DNA of 64,000 nt from the IMG/VR virus record IMGVR_UViG_2531839524_000004. One strand, 5' to 3'. The notes below the pieces were generated by a model. The model saw only the letters and a list, made by a program, of their open reading frames with translations, ran no database searches and was not told the origin of the DNA. This DNA is from a virus. Taxonomy: Duplodnaviria; Heunggongvirae; Uroviricota; Caudoviricetes. The first letter of the stretch is position 1; the number at the start of each line of letters is the position of its first letter. Shown one piece after another: positions 47,260 through 56,843 of this stretch. Made by a program: the position numbers and the translations under genes.

Positions 47260-48363
47260 GTGTCACTCCTTTTGAATCGTGAGCATACGAACGGTCAGGT
47301 AACAAACGCATCGTATGCAAAAGTTATTGAGACGGTGCTTAAAAGCGGCGTGCAGGCTGATGATCGCACAGGCACTGGTACTTTAAGCACCTGCTACGTT
47401 CCCTCTTACTACATGCTTACTGGTGGGACTGTGCCGCTTATTTCTGGAAAGGCGGTAAATCTTAAGCCACTGCTTGTCGAACTTGAGTGGTATCTGAAAG
47501 GCACGGGCAACATCCAATTTCTCAAGGATAACGGCGTTAAGATTTGGGATGCATGGGCCGATGAGAATGGCGATTTGGGGCCAGTTTACGGTAAGCAGTG
47601 GCGTCGATGGGAAGATACCCGCATCGTGAGCCATAGTGAATATCTGAGCAAGATCGCTACTTTCCGTGAACGCGGGTACAAAGTCGAGGGATACCTAGGT
47701 ATCAGTGAAGATCGCGTAGTGCTGTCCCGTGAAATCGATCAGCTACAGCGTATTGTCGATACACTGCGCACGAACCCTACCGATCGTCGCATCATGCTTA
47801 ACGCATGGAACGTAGGCGAGCTTGAGGATATGAAACTGCCACCTTGCCACTTTGTCTTCTCTTTGTGGAGTCGTGAGCTTGATTTTGAAACCCGTTTAAC
47901 GATGGCAACTGACATTGGTCTTCAACACAGTCGCCTCGGTTACGAGTCTATCTACACCAAGATGCTATACGATCTGGAGATGGACGGCAGTGTTACTGAA
48001 GCTGAACTGGATGAACTTGGAATCCCCAAACGCATCCTCAACTCCTGCCTCGTACAGCGTAGCGTAGACACTTTTGTTGGTATGCCATTCAATATTGCTG
48101 GCTATGGCATTCTCACTCATTTTCTCGCGAAGATTACGGGTCACATGGCCGGTGCATTTGTGCATTTTGGCTTTGACGTGCATTTGTACAATAACCACAT
48201 GGAAAGTGTGCGTGAGCTAATGCAACGACAGGCTCCAGAGCATTCAGATCCGGTCGTTATATTCCCTAATGAATGGTCTGAGCTGGATGATTTCAAATGG
48301 GACGAGATTCTTATTCTTGGCTATGCCCCTCTACCGTGGATCAAGGTTCCAGTGGCGGTGTGA
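47260..48363 (+). CDS. thyA: thymidylate synthase (ThyA) with two in-frame insertions
   Basis: DRTGTGT, WADENGDLGPVYGKQWR, catalytic LPPCH, MPFNIA motifs; GTG start at 47260 after GAGG RBS; about 100 aa longer than E. coli ThyA. Confidence 0.85.
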   Translation: MSLLLNREHTNGQVTNASYAKVIETVLKSGVQADDRTGTGTLSTCYVPSYYMLTGGTVPLISGKAVNLKPLLVELEWYLKGTGNIQFLKDNGVKIWDAWADENGDLGPVYGKQWRRWEDTRIVSHSEYLSKIATFRERGYKVEGYLGISEDRVVLSREIDQLQRIVDTLRTNPTDRRIMLNAWNVGELEDMKLPPCHFVFSLWSRELDFETRLTMATDIGLQHSRLGYESIYTKMLYDLEMDGSVTEAELDELGIPKRILNSCLVQRSVDTFVGMPFNIAGYGILTHFLAKITGHMAGAFVHFGFDVHLYNNHMESVRELMQRQAPEHSDPVVIFPNEWSELDDFKWDEILILGYAPLPWIKVPVAV

Positions 48364-48364
48364 T

Positions 48365-48778
48365 ATGGCAAGAGGTATGTATGTCTTATGCGAAATTGAA
48401 GGTGTGCTGGCAAATACCAGCCATCGTAAATCTGTATCTGACTCGGATGCAGGCCAATTCATTGCCGGTGATGAACTCATTTTCCCCACCAGCCGTATGT
48501 TGCGTGGTTTTGCTCGCTCAGGGGCTGAAGTGGTGCTTATCAGTAGCCGCTCTGAAACTCTTGAAGCGCCCACTAAACGATGGCTGAAAGATTTTGGTGT
48601 TGATTACGACTGGCTTCATCTCGTACCGAATAGCACTAGTTATGAGAAGCATATTAAGCGCACATTAGCGGAGCATAAAGGCGATCTGCTTATCGCTGCG
48701 CTGGTGCACGATCCTCGACTCCGTGCCGCTTTAGCTGACTCTCATCATAGACCGGTCATCTATGAGGTGAGCAAATGA
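48365..48778 (+). CDS. hypothetical protein
   Basis: 137 aa ORF between thyA and DHFR, translationally coupled. Confidence 0.45.
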   Translation: MARGMYVLCEIEGVLANTSHRKSVSDSDAGQFIAGDELIFPTSRMLRGFARSGAEVVLISSRSETLEAPTKRWLKDFGVDYDWLHLVPNSTSYEKHIKRTLAEHKGDLLIAALVHDPRLRAALADSHHRPVIYEVSK

Positions 48779-49251
48779 AGATGATAGCTGCTGTTGGCCG
48801 TAACTATGAGATCGGCATAGCGAACGAACTGCCCTGGCGTTGTTCTACCGATCTGAAGCTATTTAAGAGACTCACCAAAAACGCCACTGTCGTTATGGGG
48901 CGTAAAACGATGGAAAGTCTCAAACGCCCTCTTCCAGAGAGTCATAACCTCGTTTTGACGCGCTCTCATGGCTTTGTACCAAATGGATTCTACCCTGCTG
49001 GTGTGGATGATGTGTTGCGATTACCAGAGCCTGTGTGGGTGATTGGCGGGGAACAAATTTACTCGCTATTCATGCCGCATGTTGAAGAGATTTGGCTCTC
49101 CCACATCGGCGTTGATGTGCCAAACGCCGATGCATTCTTCCCGGCAAGCATGATGCGTAATTTAGGCTTTGTGCCTGTTGAAACAGCTTATACCCAACGA
49201 GCCAGCGAGGAAGAGCCTGGCTTTTCGCAGATCGTATACAGAAGGTCGTAA
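48775..49251 (+). CDS. folA: dihydrofolate reductase
   Basis: MKMIAAVGRNYEIGIANELPWR N-terminus and overall DHFR-like length/pattern (VMGRKT, VIGGEQIY). Confidence 0.75.
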   Translation: MKMIAAVGRNYEIGIANELPWRCSTDLKLFKRLTKNATVVMGRKTMESLKRPLPESHNLVLTRSHGFVPNGFYPAGVDDVLRLPEPVWVIGGEQIYSLFMPHVEEIWLSHIGVDVPNADAFFPASMMRNLGFVPVETAYTQRASEEEPGFSQIVYRRS

Positions 49252-49895
49252 TGGATTACCGGATTGGGATCACTGGTGCTCAGGGCAGTGGGAAAACAAC
49301 CCTGGCTAAATATATCGACAAACATTACGGAATCCCTTACGTGGATGCTGGTGTCGGAAGTTTGATGAGCCGCCTCGGTGTTCGAGTAGGTGATTCTATG
49401 CCTCTATATGAGCGGCTTCAGATTCAAATGGAAATAGCAAAGCATATAGAGCTACTTACGCGTGGTGTTGAAGGCTTTGTTATCGATCGCACACCTGCTG
49501 ATGTTATGGCCTACACGTTGGATTTGGTCGGCCATACAAATGAAGATCGGTGTATTGAGTTAGCCCTCGATATCGAAAAGTTTTGCCACAAAACTGCTAT
49601 TTCAAACTTTAACGCCATTGCTGGCCTACGCCCGGGGGTCGCTCTCTCAGAGCGAGATTACTTGCGGTCACAACGAGCATCATTAGACCGTCTGTATGTC
49701 GCTCGTATTGATGCGTTGATGTGCGGGGAACTGACAAAAATTCACCTGCATCCGCAAAGGGGAGATCTGCAAACCTTCGTCGTTTCCAACCGGTATCGCA
49801 CAGTTGAAGCAAGAGCCAGATCAGTGATGAGAATGCTAGATAACGCTGTAGAAAAGATAGAAAACCGCTTCTGTGGCCGAGTAACCGTTCATTAG
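49251..49895 (+). CDS. deoxynucleoside monophosphate kinase-like P-loop kinase
   Basis: P-loop GAQGSGKTT at N-terminus; 214 aa; nucleotide-metabolism context. Confidence 0.6.
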   Translation: MDYRIGITGAQGSGKTTLAKYIDKHYGIPYVDAGVGSLMSRLGVRVGDSMPLYERLQIQMEIAKHIELLTRGVEGFVIDRTPADVMAYTLDLVGHTNEDRCIELALDIEKFCHKTAISNFNAIAGLRPGVALSERDYLRSQRASLDRLYVARIDALMCGELTKIHLHPQRGDLQTFVVSNRYRTVEARARSVMRMLDNAVEKIENRFCGRVTVH

Positions 49896-49956
49896 AAATT
49901 GTTCGCCTCTTCGACATTGCGACAATAAAACTCTCAAAATGGGTTAAGGATAAAAA

Positions 49957-50376
49957 ATGTTTAGTGAAATGTTGCTTGAAGATGAACTGGATCGGAAAAC
50001 AACAGAGGCTTTGATTCGTGTAGCGGACGAACATTCCCGGTCGCTTATGAGCGATCGAGAGGCTCGTCTGGCTATTCGTGCCATATTCGAAACTGCGCAG
50101 GGGCTTGTTGGTACACAAGTGGGTGAAGCCATTAACATCGCCATGTCTCAGTTCAGTGAAGGCAGTAAAAAGCCTCTGTTTCCTATGCATTTGATGCTGG
50201 CTGGTGGCACGGTGCTTTATATCTCTGTTTGTCTGGATAGCAACCAAATCAATATTCTCAACACTGTGTCAGGTAAGTGGAAAGATCCGATTGTCTGTGA
50301 AACCAGTGAAGAAACTTTGAAAAAAGCGGCTCAATTTGTACGTAGCGCACTACTTAAGGGCGCTAAGAAGTTGTAA
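49957..50376 (+). CDS. hypothetical protein
   Basis: 139 aa ORF. Confidence 0.45.
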   Translation: MFSEMLLEDELDRKTTEALIRVADEHSRSLMSDREARLAIRAIFETAQGLVGTQVGEAINIAMSQFSEGSKKPLFPMHLMLAGGTVLYISVCLDSNQINILNTVSGKWKDPIVCETSEETLKKAAQFVRSALLKGAKKL

Positions 50377-50385
50377 GGAGTTCTG

Positions 50386-50943
50386 ATGACAACGATTGTT
50401 GCAGGCATCGATATCGAGTCTACGGGACTGGATTTCCTTGCTGGTCATAAAATTATTGAAATCGCAATTACCCGCTATGAACTGGAGACACAGAGACATA
50501 TTGATAGTCTGGAGATGCGTTTTAACCCTCGCAGAAACATAGATCCGAAAGCTCAAGCCGTTCATGGCATTTCATTGGAACAGCTCGCAGCTGAACCTTT
50601 GTTGTCAAATCATGCCAGCGAAATTGGCGCTTATATGGGGGCATGTAGTGTGTGGGTTGCTCATAACGGCGAAGCATTTGATATACCATTTATTCGACAC
50701 GAGTTTTCAGGGTATGGAGTAAGACTGCCAGAAGTTCCTGTTATAGATACTATGTTATCGGGATTGTGGGCCACAGAAGACGGCAAACGTCCCCGCCTTG
50801 AAGAGTTGGCCTTCTCTCTTGGCTATATATACGATCATGCCAAAGCACATAGTGCCTTATATGACACAAACTTAATGATGCAATGCTTCTTTAAGGCACG
50901 TAATAAGTACGGATTTTTTAAATTACCCTCTGAAATTGTGTAA
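50386..50943 (+). CDS. DnaQ-like DEDDh 3'-5' exonuclease (candidate proofreading subunit)
   Basis: Exo I GIDIESTG, Exo II HNGEAFDIPF, Exo III HSALYDTNL. Confidence 0.75.
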   Translation: MTTIVAGIDIESTGLDFLAGHKIIEIAITRYELETQRHIDSLEMRFNPRRNIDPKAQAVHGISLEQLAAEPLLSNHASEIGAYMGACSVWVAHNGEAFDIPFIRHEFSGYGVRLPEVPVIDTMLSGLWATEDGKRPRLEELAFSLGYIYDHAKAHSALYDTNLMMQCFFKARNKYGFFKLPSEIV

Positions 50944-50947
50944 AACA

Positions 50948-50986
50948 AAAGCCTACTTTAAAAAGTTTAAAGTAGGCTTTCTTTTA
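50948..50986 (+). terminator. rho-independent terminator
   Basis: AAAGCCTACTTTAAA-aag-TTTAAAGTAGGCTTT followed by CTTTT. Confidence 0.7.
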
Positions 50987-51101
50987 AAGAACAGTAGCCT
51001 TTCAATCATTTCCTGCCTGTATTTAATACTTTTCCGCCTGATAGGTTTAGTCAAAATGCAGCCATCGAAACGCAAATGTAACCAAACAGAAGGAGACTTA
51101 C

Positions 51102-51911
51102 ATGAGTTCGGTTGAAAATGTAATGACAAATGATGATCTGGACGAGCTGACAGCCATGTTGCAATCACTTGATGAACCAGTAAAAAAAGCTGCACAGGTT
51201 GAAAATACTGATGATATTGACGATCTGCTGCTCGGCCTAGATGCTGGCGTAGCCATGAGTTCTGATGATGTTGCCGAAGAACTGTTCAATGAAGAAAAAG
51301 CAGGTGATTTCAGCTCTGCTTTAAATGAGTTGGAGTTAGCGCATGAGCCTATAAACGTAATTAACGCTGAAAGTGTTGAAGCTGCCGAAAACGAGCCAGA
51401 ACAATTGGGATTTATTGAGGTTGAAGAGTGTGTTGAGGTTAATGATGAATTAAAAGTTCAACAGTCAAATGATAGCAATACAAATAAAAAAGCTCGTACT
51501 GCAAGAGGTCCTCGTTTTACTTTAAGTGATAAAGATGATTCGTTTTTCAATAAAGCGGGCTTAGAAAAAGATATTTTCTTAGACGCTTACGATAACGCGC
51601 CTGTCAAAGCAAAGGATAAGATATTAAACCTTCTTAATTGGTTTAGCGGAGGTCCAGATATTAGTGTTTACACGGTAATTTCCATGAGACACCTTCTCAC
51701 AGAAAAGAAGGCTACAAGTAATAGTATTAAGATTGCTTTAATGAGCAATCCAGAAAAACCGTATCCGCTTAATACTGCGTCAACTCAGGCTGGGCAAATG
51801 ATGGCTGTATTTCCAGCGACAGGAATTGCCGTTAGAGACGGTGGAAATCTAACATTGAACGAAGAATCACCGATCGTTAAGAAGTTTGTCGCGGAGTACA
51901 CTATTGGATGA
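51102..51911 (+). CDS. hypothetical acidic protein
   Basis: 269 aa; highly acidic N-terminal half; GGAGA RBS. Confidence 0.5.
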   Translation: MSSVENVMTNDDLDELTAMLQSLDEPVKKAAQVENTDDIDDLLLGLDAGVAMSSDDVAEELFNEEKAGDFSSALNELELAHEPINVINAESVEAAENEPEQLGFIEVEECVEVNDELKVQQSNDSNTNKKARTARGPRFTLSDKDDSFFNKAGLEKDIFLDAYDNAPVKAKDKILNLLNWFSGGPDISVYTVISMRHLLTEKKATSNSIKIALMSNPEKPYPLNTASTQAGQMMAVFPATGIAVRDGGNLTLNEESPIVKKFVAEYTIG

Positions 51912-52094
51912 CGTTCCCCTACTTAAAATAAAGCCCATAGAGAGCTTTATAGTACTGGGTAAGCCAATCACATACCCAGCACCACAAAAACGCGCCAGAG
52001 AGCTTCTCGTTTGCATTTCTGGCGCGTTTTATTTGATTGCCAGACATAAAATCAAATGCAAAAATAGGTATATACTTACCTATCGAGAAAGAAG

Positions 52095-52688
52095 ATGATT
52101 GCAGCCGAAAAAATCAAACAGCGAAAGCGCGACAACTCTCTTCGTGACCTCTGGAGAACACCTGACTGGCTGTTTTCTGCCATTCAACGTTATCTTGGAG
52201 TGACATTTGATGTTGACGTTGCCTGCAACAAGGACAATGCAAAGCTGCCTAATTTCATAGGCGTTGAGCGTGATGCTTTGAAATCTGAATGGGGACAGCC
52301 AGGTACAATTGCCTTCCTCAATCCACCCTACTCCAAAATCTCCCCCTGGATTGATGCGGCTATACGTGAGCAGGCTCCCGGAGTTACAACAGTGATGCTA
52401 ATTCCTCAATCCCTAGATACAAAGTGGTATGAGCGTGCAACAGAGTGTGCGAATGAGACGATTATTCTGTCTGGTGGCCGCGTAGCGTTTGTCGAGCCTG
52501 ACGTAAATCTGGGTCAGGTAGAAGTAAACATCAACCCAGGTGGCAGTATGCTCGTTGTTTTTCGAGGATTCTGTCAGGACGCTGGGCACTCTATAAGCAA
52601 GATCCCTTTGGACGTCATGAAAAGTCTGGGAGGGTATGATCCTGCGAATGTGATCAGGAAAAAAAGACCATCAAAGAAGGCTGCTTAG
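52095..52688 (+). CDS. phage-type N6-adenine DNA methyltransferase (Dam-like)
   Basis: Catalytic motif FLNPPYS (DPPY/NPPY class) and small size (197 aa) typical of phage Dam family. Confidence 0.7.
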   Translation: MIAAEKIKQRKRDNSLRDLWRTPDWLFSAIQRYLGVTFDVDVACNKDNAKLPNFIGVERDALKSEWGQPGTIAFLNPPYSKISPWIDAAIREQAPGVTTVMLIPQSLDTKWYERATECANETIILSGGRVAFVEPDVNLGQVEVNINPGGSMLVVFRGFCQDAGHSISKIPLDVMKSLGGYDPANVIRKKRPSKKAA

Positions 52689-52708
52689 TTTGTTCTGGTG
52701 TCTGTAAT

Positions 52709-52768
52709 TAGCCTGCTTCTGTATATATAAATAACTACATATTAATTATTAATATACGGAAGAAGGCT
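52709..52768. repeat. second copy of AT-rich palindromic element
   Basis: AGCCTGCTTCTGTATATATAAATAA identical to 4320..4344; partner arm TTAATATACGGAAGAAGGCTG degenerate. Confidence 0.55.
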
Positions 52769-52873
52769 GTTTTGTATCAGAGACTCCAGACCTGAACATC
52801 ACTACAGAATCCACTAGAACCCCTTCCCAGACGCTTTAAAATCGATTTTATGAACCACTTTAAGGAAACCAAC

Positions 52874-53104
52874 ATGTCATACCCGACTAATGTCGTTGCG
52901 CTCGTAGAGAGCGATTTTCTGGCCCAGGCTCGTGAAATGATGAAAGATCGTGAGCAGGCTTTCAACTTGTACGAATGGGCAATTAAGTGCTTGCATCTTG
53001 GCGAGCATCGCGAACTTGTTGAACAGCTTTTAGGTGAGTTGATCAATGAGGTGTTTGCCTTGAATGTTCAACTACATGGTAGAGAAAATAATCAATCACA
53101 ATGA
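52874..53104 (+). CDS. hypothetical small protein
   Basis: 76 aa from ATG 52874 with AAGGAAACC RBS. Confidence 0.35.
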   Translation: MSYPTNVVALVESDFLAQAREMMKDREQAFNLYEWAIKCLHLGEHRELVEQLLGELINEVFALNVQLHGRENNQSQ

Positions 53105-53686
53105 TAGATAAGTACAAACTATTCATAAAGTGAATTGTAAGTGCTAAGATCTGATAGTTTCCAGTCGTAGACTGGAGACTCGACCTGATGGGTGGGGGTA
53201 AGCGTCACTGGCGTCAGGTTTAAAAAAGCTCACTACCAGCGTAGAACTGGTGCCGTTTAGGTGTCGGGGAAGGGGGAACCAAAGTGAGCAGAGACAAGGG
53301 TCACTTTATGATTGTCGAGTCTGGGGTGTTTCGAGAGGTTGAATCCAGTACTCCCCTTCATAAAGTGTGGGAAGATCTCGGTTCTGGGGTGCTGTCATCC
53401 ATAACTTCCCAAGTCTAAGCTGGCAGTAGACTTAGACCATAACTTTTCAGGTTATGAAACGACCAGGTTGGTGAGAGATTTTTATACTCACCTCCCTGGG
53501 AGAGTATTACCTGAAAAGACAACCTCTCACTTCGTTCGAGGTGAACTTCACTCACTTCGTTCGTTCAGTTCAGGTTTATAAAAACCTGTTCTGGGAAGTA
53601 ATTTGTTTATTTTAATAATTATTAACACGCACGCGTGTGCGCACGCGCGAGGAAAAATCGGCGCGGCGCTTGATTCAGGAGTTTAT

Positions 53687-54277
53687 ATGACGACGAAGAC
53701 ACCAGCCCGATCGCAAGCAAAAACTCGCAAAAAAGCCAAAAACAAAAATTCCCCCCGCACCAATCCCACAACGCCTGTCGTAGAGTTCAATCCCCAGCTT
53801 AAAACCGTGAAAATCTTTAGTGATGGCTCTTGCCTTAAAAATCCGGGTGGCCCGGGCGGTTACGGTATCGTTCTCCAGTATCGTGGTGAGGAACGCGAGT
53901 TCTCAGATGGTTTTCATAGCACCACCAATAACCGCATGGAGATGATGGGGGCACTTATCGGGCTGGAGCGTTTGAAATATCCATGCAACGTTATTTTGCA
54001 CTCTGATAGCCAGTATCTGAAAAACGGCATGACACAGTGGATGAAATGGTGGAAACGCAATGGATGGATGACTTCTGACAAAAAACCGGTAAAGAATGTT
54101 GATCTGTGGAAGCGTCTGGATGAGGCCGCAAGTCGACATAATGTTCGCTGGAAGTGGGTTAAAGGCCACGCCGGGCATCGTGAGAATGAAATATGCGATC
54201 GACTCGCGAAGATCGCAGCTTTTTCAGCAGCAGATATGCCTCACAAGAAAGATATTGGTTTTGTTTATAATAAGTAG
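53687..54277 (+). CDS. rnhA: ribonuclease HI with basic N-terminal extension
   Basis: [57 protein letters not shown] closely match RNase HI. Confidence 0.85.
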   Translation: MTTKTPARSQAKTRKKAKNKNSPRTNPTTPVVEFNPQLKTVKIFSDGSCLKNPGGPGGYGIVLQYRGEEREFSDGFHSTTNNRMEMMGALIGLERLKYPCNVILHSDSQYLKNGMTQWMKWWKRNGWMTSDKKPVKNVDLWKRLDEAASRHNVRWKWVKGHAGHRENEICDRLAKIAAFSAADMPHKKDIGFVYNK

Positions 54278-54425
54278 TAAGTAAGTGTTTACCTATCATT
54301 TTAAATCATGTATCTTATCGGCGTCAGGATGACAATGTGTCGGTAAGACACAGTTCCAGGATGGAACGAGAAAGGCGGCTGGCAATCGCCAGCCGCAACT
54401 CTTTCTGACACTGGATGGGGTCCAC

Positions 54426-54920
54426 ATGGCACGTCAAACCTATTTCACTTCTGCAACTAAACGTCCTCGTTCTTTACGTCAAATTTTGGCCGAATTATTT
54501 AGCGGTCGTGTTATGTCACGTCTTGATGAACTAGAGACTACCGTTCGGTTGCTGAATGAACGTTTAGATAATCAAGCGTCAGTTGTTGCGAACGTGGGGG
54601 CGATTGTTGCCTCTGGTTCTTCACGCGAAGCGAAAAGTACACGGCCTTTAGTGAAGGAGAAAAACAACAAGGACAGTTCGAATGGAAAATTTTCAAAGAA
54701 AGAGGCTGAAACCAATGGCCTACGTTCTCATTATAGTTTCACTGGCGACGGTAGCCGTTCCAGCCGGCCAGAGCCTTTTGATGCCGGATTCATCCATCAC
54801 CACACCTTCGTCGACGACAATTACCACCACTCCAGTGGAGCGTCCTGTCACTCTGGATGGGATGGCGGTGGATGCGATACCTCAAGTTCATCCAGTTACT
54901 CAGGATCATGCTGTGACTAA
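54426..54920 (+). CDS. hypothetical protein; 3' half frame-ambiguous with overlapping ORF 54715..54933
   Basis: N-terminal 85 aa look protein-like; C-terminal low-complexity Ser/Cys/Gly tail overlaps an alternative frame encoding a signal-peptide-like protein. Confidence 0.3.
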   Translation: MARQTYFTSATKRPRSLRQILAELFSGRVMSRLDELETTVRLLNERLDNQASVVANVGAIVASGSSREAKSTRPLVKEKNNKDSSNGKFSKKEAETNGLRSHYSFTGDGSRSSRPEPFDAGFIHHHTFVDDNYHHSSGASCHSGWDGGGCDTSSSSSYSGSCCD

Positions 54921-54929
54921 GGCGGTTGT

Positions 54930-55118
54930 ATGAACTGGTTTTCAAATCACTTTGGAAAAATTTGGCTGGCAATTCTTGCCCTTATGGTCGCCGGTTGGGT
55001 ATCGAACATTATAAAACTTGTTTGCTCTGGCGATCTCCAGTTTCAGGCTGGCATGACCTTGGCTCGTGTAGTTGGGATTTTTGTTTTTCCAGTTGGTTCG
55101 GTACTTGGTTATTTCTGA
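54930..55118 (+). CDS. small two-helix membrane protein
   Basis: 62 aa, two hydrophobic helices; ATGA overlap with upstream frame. Confidence 0.4.
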   Translation: MNWFSNHFGKIWLAILALMVAGWVSNIIKLVCSGDLQFQAGMTLARVVGIFVFPVGSVLGYF

Positions 55119-55211
55119 CGGCTGTTAGTGCATATGCATTGACCATCTCTGCGTAAGCAATTTATGTAATTAGAAAACAACTTGTTTTGACAAATAATAA
55201 AAGGAAAGCAC

Positions 55212-55637
55212 ATGTTAGGTTTCTTCAAAAAGAAAACTCGTAAAGCTGTTATCGAAGTCAAAAAAATGGAGAACCGTGATGCGGTTGAGGCCACCGTGTG
55301 GGGCGCGTACATGATCTCCTATGCCGACGGCACATGTGACGCAAAAGAAATTGCCATTCTTGAGAAGACAATTGCAGCTCTGCCTGCGTTTTCTCCGTTT
55401 GCTGGTGAAATTGCCCAAATGAGCGCCAATATCCGTGCTCGTTACGAAGCGTCCCCTCGTTCTGCTAATGCACAGGCTATTCGTGAGCTGTCTGATATTG
55501 CGGGTACTCCAGAGGCGGTCGATGTTCTGTGTCTGTGCCTTGATATTGCCGATCAGGACGGCATTGGTGAACAAGAAGAGCAGGCACTGAAAAAGATCGC
55601 CCAGGCGCTTCAGTTGTCACTGGATGCTTATCTCTAA
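55212..55637 (+). CDS. TerB-like domain protein
   Basis: By-eye resemblance to TerB tellurite-resistance domain (SYADGTCDAKEIAILE...DIADQDGIGEQEEQALKKIA); conserved leader upstream. Confidence 0.5.
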   Translation: MLGFFKKKTRKAVIEVKKMENRDAVEATVWGAYMISYADGTCDAKEIAILEKTIAALPAFSPFAGEIAQMSANIRARYEASPRSANAQAIRELSDIAGTPEAVDVLCLCLDIADQDGIGEQEEQALKKIAQALQLSLDAYL

Positions 55638-55796
55638 TGCTTGAGAGATTCCGGCTTGTGATCGTCATTGCTCTTCTGGTGATGGCGGGGTTGGTGGATT
55701 TTACGGGAAAGATGATGTCTGTCATTTCTGATGGCGTCCTCATTGGTTTGGCGATCTACTTCGCTTATCCGTTAGTTCGTAAAGCAAAGTGTTAAT
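55638..55796 (+). CDS. small membrane peptide (52 aa)
   Basis: ATG overlaps TerB-like stop (TAATG); hydrophobic sequence; followed by strong terminator; not in ORF track (under 60 aa). Confidence 0.4.
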
Positions 55797-55798
55797 GA

Positions 55799-55828
55799 CA
55801 AGGGCCAAATGGCCCTTGTGTTTCGTTG
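55799..55828 (+). terminator. rho-independent terminator
   Basis: ACAAGGGCC-aaat-GGCCCTTGT followed by GTTTCGTT. Confidence 0.7.
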
Positions 55829-55934
55829 ACCGAAATAGAGAGTTTGCACCTTTACGTTTAGCTTGCTCCCCTTTTATGCCACATCACAATAAAGCCAATA
55901 AGAAAACAACTTGTTTAAGCATTAGGAAAAACAC

Positions 55935-56504
55935 ATGTGCAAGAAATGCAAAGCGATAGCTGATGAACAAAACGCCTTATTCGAAGAAATGGATGCTAAT
56001 GAACTGGTCAAAATGTTAGCCATTCTTCGAGGAATAGAAGACGTTTCCATATTTGAGAGAGTGGTTACAGCACTTAATTTTGAGTCCACCTTTGAAGAGC
56101 CAACTCAGGTTGTAGCTTTAGCACATCATTTCGGTGTTCATTATCTTGCTGAAAAAGAGCGCGCTGATAAGTTGCAGGCGACTTTGGATATGGTGAGCGA
56201 GACTCAACGAACTGATGACACTAACAAGAGTGAGGCGATTATTGCCAGCAAAGATCGTGAAATTGCTGGGCTTAAATCCTCTCTAACGATGTTGATGTCT
56301 GCGTTCAATCTTATGTCTTCTCAGGCGGGTTATAAAATGCCATCACTAAACAGCGATGATCCGATGGCCGTTCGTCAGCTTTTGGGAGCAATGGCCGACC
56401 AACTCGACGACACAAAGAGTCGGCTTGAAGACATGATGCGTGAGTTAAGCCATCGACATAACCTCGCAACACAGCCACACAAAGCCTTTCAAAGCTCTAA
56501 TTGA
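55935..56504 (+). CDS. hypothetical protein
   Basis: 189 aa; conserved leader GGAAAAACACATG. Confidence 0.5.
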   Translation: MCKKCKAIADEQNALFEEMDANELVKMLAILRGIEDVSIFERVVTALNFESTFEEPTQVVALAHHFGVHYLAEKERADKLQATLDMVSETQRTDDTNKSEAIIASKDREIAGLKSSLTMLMSAFNLMSSQAGYKMPSLNSDDPMAVRQLLGAMADQLDDTKSRLEDMMRELSHRHNLATQPHKAFQSSN

Positions 56505-56559
56505 TCTGATATGGCCGCATGATCGGCCATATTGTGTTGATAAAAAACAAGGATGAAAA

Positions 56560-56841
56560 ATGGCATACGGTACAGGGATTTACAACAATAAAGGAATTAA
56601 CGTTACTGGCTTCCTTACTCCTATTTTTTTTCTTGATCGATTTACTGCGTCATCAGGCTCTAAGACGTACTCCAATCCGCCACCGGGTAAATCGCTACAT
56701 GCCGTGTGGTCATTGATGCCTCTTAACAACGACAACTACATTAATTTACCTGTTCCAACAGTTACTATTAATGGAAATACGGTTAGTTGGTCAAATTTAT
56801 ATACGGGGCTTGGTTCTTACATATACACATACTGGGGATAA
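56560..56841 (+). CDS. hypothetical protein (AT-rich cassette)
   Basis: 93 aa; Gly/Asn/Thr/Tyr-rich. Confidence 0.4.
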   Translation: MAYGTGIYNNKGINVTGFLTPIFFLDRFTASSGSKTYSNPPPGKSLHAVWSLMPLNNDNYINLPVPTVTINGNTVSWSNLYTGLGSYIYTYWG

Positions 56842-56843
56842 TT

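Noticed and set aside
47260-48363. Possible group I intron or intein in thyA (as in the T4 td gene)
   Set aside because: The reading frame is continuous through both extra segments and the inserts are too short and lack intein or intron hallmarks; treated as protein insertions.
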